A DNA stretch of 27,733 nucleotides, from the NCBI GenBank assembly GCA_031459385.1, contig JAVKIP010000029.1, positions 1-27,733 on the forward strand, read 5' to 3'. Below the pieces are notes generated by a model. It had not been told where the DNA came from and ran no database searches. It saw nothing but the letters and a program-made list of their open reading frames with translations. Of the stretch, positions 19,631 to 26,468 are shown piece after piece. The number at the start of each line of letters is the position of its first letter. Position 1 is the stretch's first letter. Position numbers and translations under genes: made by a program. The DNA is from Candidatus Fervidifonticultor secundus (GTDB lineage: Bacteria > Sysuimicrobiota > Sysuimicrobiia > Sysuimicrobiales > Humicultoraceae).

Positions 19631-20637
19631 TGCTGTGGGCGGTGGGCCTCGTGCCCCTGCTGCTGCTGGGGCAGAGGTGGCTCGCCCTCCGCCAGCAGCG
19701 GGCAGCGACGCGGTTCGCCGACGCCAGGCTGTTCGACCGGCTGGTGGTGCGTCCGCCGCGCTGGCAGCGCGCGCTGCCCGTCGGCCTGTACCTGGCCGCG
19801 GTCTTCCTGCTGGCCGTGGCGCTCGCCCGACCCGTGGCGGCCATACCGCTGCCGGTCAACCGCGCGGCGGTCATGCTCGCCATCGACACCAGCAGGAGCA
19901 TGATCGCCACCGATGTGCCGCCGTCGCGGCTCGATGCCGCCCGGCAGGCCGCCCGCGAGTTTGCCGCCCTGGTGCCGCGCTCGACGAAGATCGGTCTGGT
20001 CGTCTTCAGCGAGTACGGGCAGGTACTGCTGCCGCCGACGACCGACCGCCAGGCGCTGGCCGAAGCGCTGGAGCGCGTCCAGCTCCAGTCGGCCACCTCG
20101 GTCGGCGGCGGCATCCTGGAGGCGCTGCGCGTCCTGCCGGGCCGGGCGCAGGTGCTTGGCGAGCGGCTGGAGCGGCTGCTGCGCCAGGGCAGCCCGTCCC
20201 CGCCGCTGCCGCCGTCCAGCGGGCCGCCGCCGTCCCCGGACAACTTGGTGCCGGCAGCCATTATCGTGTTCTCCGACGGCGTGAACAACTTCGGGCCCAA
20301 CCCGTTCGAGGCCGCGCAGCTGGCGCGAGAGGGGAAGGTCCGCATCTACACCATCGCCCTGGGCACGCCCGGCGGGGTGGTCATGCGCCTGGACAACCAG
20401 ATGGTCCTGGTGCCGTTCGACGCGTCGGGGCTCGAGCGGATCGCCCAGATGACCGACGGCAAGCACTTCTCCTCGACCCGCGCAGACGCCCTGCGGGCGA
20501 TCGCGCGCGAGTTGGGCCGTGTCATCGGCTGGGAGCGCACGCGGATGGAGGTGTCGTTCCTGCTGGTCGGGGGGGCGGCGGCGCTGATGCTGGCCGGCGG
20601 GGGGCTCTCGCTGGCCTGGTTCAGGCGGCTGCCGTGA
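19609..20637 (+). CDS. VWA domain membrane protein (BatA-like), copy 1
   Basis: N-terminal F.WP..L TM pair, LARP, MIDAS DTSRS...T...FSDG, C-terminal TM. Confidence 0.92.
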   Translation: MDFTWPVMLWAVGLVPLLLLGQRWLALRQQRAATRFADARLFDRLVVRPPRWQRALPVGLYLAAVFLLAVALARPVAAIPLPVNRAAVMLAIDTSRSMIATDVPPSRLDAARQAAREFAALVPRSTKIGLVVFSEYGQVLLPPTTDRQALAEALERVQLQSATSVGGGILEALRVLPGRAQVLGERLERLLRQGSPSPPLPPSSGPPPSPDNLVPAAIIVFSDGVNNFGPNPFEAAQLAREGKVRIYTIALGTPGGVVMRLDNQMVLVPFDASGLERIAQMTDGKHFSSTRADALRAIARELGRVIGWERTRMEVSFLLVGGAAALMLAGGGLSLAWFRRLP

Positions 20638-21665
20638 CGTTCGCGTGGCCGCACCTGCTGTGGGGGCTGACGGTGCTGCCGGCGCTGGCCGCGCTCTACG
20701 CGTGGGCGCTGGAGCGTCGGGCCCGGCGGGCGGTGATCGTGCCCGACGTCGCCCTGTTCGCGGCCGCGGCGGCCGCCCGCAGCCGGTGGTGCCGGCACAT
20801 GCCCGCCGCGTGCTTCCTGGCGGCACTGGCCGCGACGCTGATCGGGCTCGCGCGCCCGGTGGCGCCGCTGCCCGTGCCGGCCAGCCAGGGCGTCGTCGTG
20901 CTGTCGATCGACGTCAGCCGCAGCATGCTGGCCGAGGATCTGCCGCCGAATCGCATGGAGGCCGCCAAGATGGCGGCGCGCGAGTTCGTGCAGACCCTGC
21001 CCCGGGGCTTCCGCGTCGGGCTGGTGACCTTCAGCTCGTACGCGACCACGGTGGTAACGCCGACCAGCGAGCGTGCGCGGGTGCTGGAGGCGATTGACCT
21101 GCTGCAGACCGAGTTCGCCACGGCGATCGGCGATGGGTTGCTGGAGGCCGTCTGGAACCTGCCCGGCCGCCTGCGCCCCACGAGCCCTGGCCTCTCGCCG
21201 GGCGCGCCGTTCGGGCCCGGCGTCCCACCCGGGTCGGTGGCGCCGCCGGGCCCCGGGGCGCCTGCCGGGTCGCTCCCGCCGGGCGTGGTCGTGCTGCTCT
21301 CGGACGGCCAGAGCAACCGGGGCGTGCTGCCCATGGAGGCGGCACGGATCGCGCGCGAACAGCAGGTGAAGGTCTACACGGTCGGGATCGGGACGCCTGA
21401 GGGTACCTTCCTGAACATCGGGGGGCGCAGCATCTGGGTGCGATTGGACGAGGAGACCCTGCGCGGCATGGCGGAGGCCACCGGGGGCGAGTACCACCGC
21501 ACCACCAACCTGGCCGAACTGCGGCGCGTCTACCGGCACCTGGGACGCGAGATCGGATGGGAGCGGCGCCCCACCGAGGTGACCGCCGTCGCTGCCGGCG
21601 CCGGGCTGGTGCTGCTGGTGGTCGCGGTCTCGCTCTCTACGCTGCTCGTCCACCGCGTGGTCTAG
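20634..21665 (+). CDS. VWA domain membrane protein (BatA-like), copy 2
   Basis: Starts at GTG 20634 overlapping the previous stop (GTGA). TFAWPHLL, LARP, MIDAS DVSRS...TAIG...LSDG, C-terminal TM. Confidence 0.92.
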   Translation: MTFAWPHLLWGLTVLPALAALYAWALERRARRAVIVPDVALFAAAAAARSRWCRHMPAACFLAALAATLIGLARPVAPLPVPASQGVVVLSIDVSRSMLAEDLPPNRMEAAKMAAREFVQTLPRGFRVGLVTFSSYATTVVTPTSERARVLEAIDLLQTEFATAIGDGLLEAVWNLPGRLRPTSPGLSPGAPFGPGVPPGSVAPPGPGAPAGSLPPGVVVLLSDGQSNRGVLPMEAARIAREQQVKVYTVGIGTPEGTFLNIGGRSIWVRLDEETLRGMAEATGGEYHRTTNLAELRRVYRHLGREIGWERRPTEVTAVAAGAGLVLLVVAVSLSTLLVHRVV

Positions 21666-21880
21666 ACCGCCGCGCTGTACTTGCTGGCGCTGGCCGCCGT
21701 GGGCTACCCGGCAGGCCGTATTACGTTGCGCCCCGACCCGAAGGAGATCAGTCAGCGCCTGAGCGAGTTCTACCCCCAGGCGGCCAGCGCGGTTACAATG
21801 GTGATCCTCATAGCCACTTCATCGGATGTTGTATACTGGGTACGGTGTGACGAGAGACCGGCTGATGTCGCCGGTCTGCA

Positions 21881-21956
21881 GGGCCCGTAGCTCAGTGGAT
21901 AGAGCCACCGACTTCTAATCGGTTGGGCGGGGGTTCGATTCCCTCCGGGCCCGCCA
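21881..21956 (+). tRNA. tRNA-Arg (anticodon TCT)
   Basis: Acceptor GGGCCCG/CGGGCCC, D-loop with A20 (Arg identity), anticodon arm ACCGA-CT TCT AA-TCGGT, GTTCGATTC, encoded CCA. A -10 TATACT lies at 21832-21837. Confidence 0.97.
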
Positions 21957-21994
21957 TACGTCCGTACGTGCAGACTATCGCTGGCCTCCGTCCT

Positions 21995-23395
21995 TCAGCG
22001 GCTGGTCCCGGGCGGCGCCGGCGGGCGCTTTTGGTGCCAGTCCGTCTCGCGCTGGAAGCGCATCCCGATCTGCAGCAGCGTCGCCTCGCCGAAGAGCGGG
22101 CCCGTCACCGCCAGTCCCAGCGGCAGGCCCTGCGGCCCGAAGCCCATGGGCACGCTGAGCGCCGGCACGCCGCACAGCGCGCCGAGCACGCTCCAGTTGC
22201 CGCGCGGGCGCGGGGTCGTCTTCAGGTTGGTCTCCAGGGGCACGGCCTCGGTCATGAGCGAAGGCGAGAGCAGGGCGTCGAACCGCTCGAACAGGGCCAG
22301 GACGTCGCGCCGGATGCGCCACCGCGCCTGCTCGGCCCGGACCTGGTCGGCGGCGCGCAGGCGCAGCGACGCCCGCAGGCCGTCTTTCTGTTCTCGATCC
22401 ACCAGAGCCTCGAGCCGCTTGCTGGCGATGAACTCCTGGTGCGCGGCCGCGATTTCGCCGTTCAGCAGGGTGCGGGCCACCTGCTCGTACGGGTGCTCCG
22501 GCAGCCGTGCCTCCGCGATGCGCATCCCCGCCCGGCGCAGGACCCGCACGGCCTCGTCGAAGGCGCGCGCCAGCGCCGGGGCACCCGTGAACTCGGCGGG
22601 CAGAATCCCCAGGCGCCAGGGCCGTCGGACGACGCGCGGCACGAATTGGAAGAACCGGCCGGCGGTCGTCGGGTCCTGGGGGTCGGGACCGGCGATGGCT
22701 GCCAGCACCCAGCCGCAGTCCTCGGCCGTGCGCGCCATCGGTCCGATCTTGTCCATCGTCCAGGCCAGCTCCATGGCGCCGAAGCGGCTGACCAGGCCCC
22801 AGGTGGGCCGCAGGCCTGTGATGCCGCAGTAGGCCGAGGGCGTCACGATGCTGCCCCAGGTCTCGGAGCCGAGTGCATACGGCACGAGCCCGGCGGCCAC
22901 GGCGCTGCCCGACCCCGATGACGACCCGCCGGCCCAACACCGGAGGTTCCACGGGTTCAGGCCCGGGCCGTGGAGCGACGCGCTCGGGTACGCATAGCCC
23001 CCGCCTCCGGCCAGTTCCACCATGGCCAGCTTGCCGGCCAGCACCGCACCGGCCTCGGCCAGCCGCCGCACCACGGTCGCATCGTAGGCAAAGACCTGGC
23101 GGCGGTGGGCAGGCGACCCCCAGCGGGTCGGGATGCCCCGCGTGGCCAGTAGGTCCTTGGCCCCGTAGGGAATGCCCTGCAGTATCGAGGTGAGGCGCCC
23201 CTGGCGGAACCAGCGGTCGGCCCGGCGGGCCTGGGCCAGTGCCAGTTCAGGCGTCAGCGCGGCGAGCGCGTTGTAGGTCGGGCCCAACCGGGCAAGGCGG
23301 TCCAGCGCGAGACGCGCGAGCTCCACGGCCGAGACCTCACGCGCCCGCAGGGCGCGGGCCAGCTGCGCGATGGTGGCGAAGGCGTCGGATGACAC
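21995..23395 (-). CDS. Amidase-signature family amidase (GatA-like fold, stand-alone)
   Basis: GIPYGAKDL, NPWN...AGGSSSGSG, GSETWGSI..PSAYCGITGLRPTWG (Ser-cisSer-Lys triad); SD GAGGAG. Confidence 0.92.
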   Translation of the reverse strand: MSSDAFATIAQLARALRAREVSAVELARLALDRLARLGPTYNALAALTPELALAQARRADRWFRQGRLTSILQGIPYGAKDLLATRGIPTRWGSPAHRRQVFAYDATVVRRLAEAGAVLAGKLAMVELAGGGGYAYPSASLHGPGLNPWNLRCWAGGSSSGSGSAVAAGLVPYALGSETWGSIVTPSAYCGITGLRPTWGLVSRFGAMELAWTMDKIGPMARTAEDCGWVLAAIAGPDPQDPTTAGRFFQFVPRVVRRPWRLGILPAEFTGAPALARAFDEAVRVLRRAGMRIAEARLPEHPYEQVARTLLNGEIAAAHQEFIASKRLEALVDREQKDGLRASLRLRAADQVRAEQARWRIRRDVLALFERFDALLSPSLMTEAVPLETNLKTTPRPRGNWSVLGALCGVPALSVPMGFGPQGLPLGLAVTGPLFGEATLLQIGMRFQRETDWHQKRPPAPPGTSR

Positions 23396-23566
23396 CGGTT
23401 TCGGCTCCTCTCGTCAGAAGCGCTGATCCCGAACCGCCTGTGAGCCTTTCGGCGGCTGCCCGGGGCGCAGCGTCCTGCGAGACTCTCGGTCGCTGCCCGG
23501 GCCCCAGCGCACGGTGAAGGGTTCGTGTGCCGCCTGGGCCGGCCCCTGCTGCGCACCGAGCGCGCA

Positions 23567-23575
23567 TGGTATACT
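23567..23575 (+). promoter_or_regulatory. Extended -10 promoter, probably giving a leaderless mRNA
   Basis: TG-g-TATACT ends 6 nt before GTG 23582; no clear SD. Confidence 0.6.
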
Positions 23576-23581
23576 AAATAG

Positions 23582-24412
23582 GTGAAATCCTCTCACGACA
23601 CGGCACTACAGCGCGATCCCCGGGCAATCGTCGAACTCTATGCCGACCGCGCAGCCGGGCTCTCGGCGGAAGAGATCGCGGCGAAGTACAACCTTCCGGC
23701 CCCCGCCGTCTACCGGTACCTGCGGTCCACACATCAGGCCTGCGGGCTGTGGCGGCCGTACGACTACCGGACAGCGCCGCCGCCGGCCGACGCGGCCGTG
23801 CAGATCTACTGGCTGGGCTACCTGACGGCCAGCGGCCGGGTCCTGGGGCAGGGCAACGCCGCCACCCTCGTGCTCGCGATCCACCCCCACGACGAGCCGC
23901 ACGTGCAGACGCTCGTTGCCGACCTCGTGCGCGGCCACCCGCGGGTGGAGTTCGCCGACAGCAGCCTGGAGGGCCGGCAGGCCTACGTGCGCGATCCTGT
24001 GCTGGCCGAGGTCCTGCTGCAGTGGGGGCTTGCGAACAGCCTGGCGGCGGCGTCGGTAAGCCTCGACTACGTGCCGGCGGCTCTGGCGCCTGACTTCGTG
24101 CGGGGATATCTCGAGGGCAGCCGACGCACCCCGCCGTTTGGGGGGACCCGCCTGACGCCGGCCCCGCCGGGGCGCAACGCGCGGCTCGTGCTGGTGGGTC
24201 CGCCGACGCTCGTCGCGAGCCTGCGGCGTGTGCTGCGGACCACCTGCGGTGTGCAGGAGGGCGTCGTGGAGCCGACGCGCCAGGCGGGCCTGGTCGCGCT
24301 GTCGTATGCGGCGGCTGATGGAACGGCTATCCTGGCCCGAGCCTATCACCGGCCGGTGCGGACCGGGCCGCGGGCCGTCCGGTTCGTCGCACGCTTCGCG
24401 TCACCACGCTGA
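23582..24412 (+). CDS. N-terminal HTH plus degenerate double-motif LAGLIDADG-fold protein
   Basis: HTH GLSAEEIAAKYNLPAPAVYRYLR; LAGLIDADG-like helices YWLGYLTASG (aa 76-85) and FVRGYLEGSR (aa 172-181). Confidence 0.75.
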   Translation: MKSSHDTALQRDPRAIVELYADRAAGLSAEEIAAKYNLPAPAVYRYLRSTHQACGLWRPYDYRTAPPPADAAVQIYWLGYLTASGRVLGQGNAATLVLAIHPHDEPHVQTLVADLVRGHPRVEFADSSLEGRQAYVRDPVLAEVLLQWGLANSLAAASVSLDYVPAALAPDFVRGYLEGSRRTPPFGGTRLTPAPPGRNARLVLVGPPTLVASLRRVLRTTCGVQEGVVEPTRQAGLVALSYAAADGTAILARAYHRPVRTGPRAVRFVARFASPR

Positions 24413-24445
24413 CACCCACAACGCCGAAGGAAGGAGCGCATCACG

Positions 24446-25528
24446 GTGAGCGCAGGGGCCTCAGTGTTTCCCCCGATCTTCGACGGGCACAACGATACCA
24501 TTCTCAGCCTGGTCCGTACCGGGCGGTCGTTCTTCGAGCGCTCCGAGATCGGGCACGTCGACCTGCCGCGTGCCCGACAAGGTGGCCTGGGAGGCGGGTT
24601 CTTCGCCATCTACCTGCGCGACCCCGCCCTCGCCGACGTCTCGGCGGCAGACGGCGCGGCCCTCGAGCGCGCGCTGCACATCTACGGCGACGAAGCGCGC
24701 TGGCCCGAGCCGATGGCGCTGGACTATGCGCAGCCCGCCGCCCTGGACCTCTTCGGGCGCCTGTTGCGCCTCGAGCGGCACGCCGGCGGTCTCGTCCGGA
24801 TCGTGCGGACCGCCGCGGAGCTCCAGGCCTGTCTGGACGGCGGCGTCTTCGCGATGCTCATCCACTTCGAGGGCGCCGAGCCGCTGGACCCCGACGGCCA
24901 CGCGCTGGACGTCTTCCACGCTGCGGGGCTGCGCTCGGTCGGGCTCACCCACAGCCGGCGCAACCGCTACGCGCAGGGCGTGCCGTTCAAGTTCCCGCAC
25001 TCGCCCGATACCGGGCCGGGGCTGACCGACGCGGGCAAGGCGCTGGTCCGGCAGCTGAACGAGCGGCGCATCATGATCGACCTGTCGCACCTGACCGAGC
25101 GAGGATTCTGGGATGTCGCCGCCATCAGCGACGCGCCCCTGGTCGCCACGCACTCCAACCCCCATGCGCTGTGTCCGTCGCCGCGGAACCTGACCGACCG
25201 CCAGCTCGACGCCATTCGGGAGCGCCGCGGGGTGGTGGGGCTCAACTTCCATGTGGGGTTCCTGCGCGCGGACGGGGCGAGGGACCCCGCCGTGCCCATC
25301 GCGCGCATGGTGGAGCACATCGACTACATGGTGGACCGCATGGGCCTCGACTGCGTCGCGCTGGGGTCCGACTTCGACGGCGCGGTGATGCCCGCCGACC
25401 TGCACGATGCCAGCGGCCTGCCCCGCCTCCTGCAGGCGCTGGCGGCCCGCGGCTACGCGCACGACGACCTGCGCCGGATCGCCCACGGGAACTGGGTGCG
25501 GGTGCTGCGCGAGACCTGGGGCGCCTGA
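24446..25528 (+). CDS. Dipeptidase, peptidase M19 (renal/membrane dipeptidase family)
   Basis: FDGHND, HVDLPR, HFEGAE, GLTH, IDLSH, ATHSN, RNLTD, LGSDFDG, GNW.RV; SD AAGGAG. Confidence 0.94.
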   Translation: MSAGASVFPPIFDGHNDTILSLVRTGRSFFERSEIGHVDLPRARQGGLGGGFFAIYLRDPALADVSAADGAALERALHIYGDEARWPEPMALDYAQPAALDLFGRLLRLERHAGGLVRIVRTAAELQACLDGGVFAMLIHFEGAEPLDPDGHALDVFHAAGLRSVGLTHSRRNRYAQGVPFKFPHSPDTGPGLTDAGKALVRQLNERRIMIDLSHLTERGFWDVAAISDAPLVATHSNPHALCPSPRNLTDRQLDAIRERRGVVGLNFHVGFLRADGARDPAVPIARMVEHIDYMVDRMGLDCVALGSDFDGAVMPADLHDASGLPRLLQALAARGYAHDDLRRIAHGNWVRVLRETWGA

Positions 25529-25530
25529 GG

Positions 25531-25560
25531 GCGCACGCCGGCCGATCCGCCGGCATGCGC
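25531..25560 (+). terminator. GC hairpin just after the dipeptidase stop (possible terminator, no U tract)
   Basis: GCGCAcGCCGGC-cgatcc-GCCGGCaTGCGC. Confidence 0.4.
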
Positions 25561-25679
25561 GTCGTCGCCAGCGGCGGACGCTGCCTCCAGCGCGTGTGCT
25601 ACGTCAGTTGTCTGACGAGACCATCTGTTCAGCAGGGCAACTCCTAGGGATGTTCGCGGAAAGTCTCGCATGTCTAAAA

Positions 25680-25697
25680 ACCACCCCAGTGGGTAGT
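25680..25697. promoter_or_regulatory. Candidate LuxR/NarL-family operator
   Basis: Imperfect 7-4-7 palindrome ACCACCC-CAGT-GGGTAGT in the AT-richer region upstream of the LuxR gene. Confidence 0.4.
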
Positions 25698-25814
25698 AGT
25701 ACGAGTAGCAGCAGGTTCCGAGAATAGAAAACTGGACCCCATCGCCGCACCCGGAGAGTGCATACCTTGCGTCGCATCTCCGCCAGGGTGGGGTCCTGCA
25801 TAGCACGCAGGCGT

Positions 25815-25894
25815 AGATGGACGCAATGAACCCGTCCCACTAGATGACGTGGACGCCTCGGGGACGGGTGAGCGAGTGGCGTAACCGGCCATCT
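25815..25894 (+). ncRNA. c-di-GMP-II riboswitch aptamer
   Basis: P1 AGATGG/CCATCT; A; P2 CGC/GCG; kink-turn AAT-GA.../GA; P3 ACCCGTCCC/GGGACGGGT; pseudoknot TGG-ACGCC (25850-25857) with GGCGT-AA-CCG (25878-25887). The conserved UGAGnnAGUGGnnnAACCG pattern is present with compensatory changes. Confidence 0.88.
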
Positions 25895-25925
25895 CATTCG
25901 CGGGAGTGGGGTGGCCGTTGTGTTT
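25886..25925 (+). terminator. Riboswitch expression platform: intrinsic terminator overlapping the aptamer 3' end
   Basis: 14-bp stem CGGCCATCTCATTC (25886-25899) / GAGTGGGGTGGCCG (25904-25917) including G-U pairs, followed by TTGTGTTT. Confidence 0.75.
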
Positions 25926-25996
25926 GCCGGGGGCTCCGGCGAGCCGGCGCGAACGGCGAATCTCGCCTGTCCGTTGCCAGTGCGGGGGAGGCACGG

Positions 25997-26416
25997 ATGG
26001 CCCAGGCCTATACCGACGTCATCGAACGCTTAGCATCAACCCTGGCCAGCCGCCCGGGCGGTCTCAGCCTCGAAGACGGCGCCGAGTTCGGGCGCGCACT
26101 CGAGGACCTGGCCGCACGGATGGAGAAGGCGGTGGAGATCCTGCGGCAGCTCGTGGAACTCGTCAATCCTCAGGTGATCCCGCAGGACCTGCACCTGACG
26201 CCGCGCGAGCTCGAGATGCTCACGCACCTGGCCGAAGGGCGGAGCAACGCCGAGATCGCCCGGCTCTGCTGGATCTCGGAAAACACCGTCAAGTTCCACA
26301 TGAAGAACATCTTCCGCAAGCTCGGCGTGCGCGACCGCGGCCAGGCCATGATGATCGCCCGAGCCATTCAGCGGCGGCTGGACCGGGGGGCTCCGCCATC
26401 CCCTGCGCAGTCGTGA
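25997..26416 (+). CDS. LuxR/GerE-type HTH transcriptional regulator without receiver domain (139 aa)
   Basis: LTPRELEMLTHLAEGRSNAEIARLCWISENTVKFHMKNIFRKLGV; ATG 25997 with SD GGAGG. Confidence 0.92.
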   Translation: MAQAYTDVIERLASTLASRPGGLSLEDGAEFGRALEDLAARMEKAVEILRQLVELVNPQVIPQDLHLTPRELEMLTHLAEGRSNAEIARLCWISENTVKFHMKNIFRKLGVRDRGQAMMIARAIQRRLDRGAPPSPAQS

Positions 26417-26468
26417 CGCGCGCCCGGGCAGGCCGCTGACGACGTAGCGGAACAAGGGGCGCTTCCAG

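Noticed and set aside
21995..23395. gatA assignment
   Set aside because: No adjacent gatC or gatB, and the sequence has only general amidase-signature motifs.
23385..23420. Hammerhead-like core on the minus strand (CUGACGA-G...C-GAAAC-cggu-GUC)
   Set aside because: Stem II is 1 bp and stem I cannot form next to the core. The sequence is explained by the amidase SD (GAGGAG) and GTG start.
23425..23500. Glycine- or glmS-riboswitch-like words (GAGAG...GCCGAAAGG...CAGG; TTCGGCGGcTGCC)
   Set aside because: The other conserved elements and the required pairings are absent.
23582..24412. Active homing endonuclease, intein or group I intron ORF
   Set aside because: Catalytic Asp residues are missing, there are no intein splice motifs, and no interrupted host gene flanks it.
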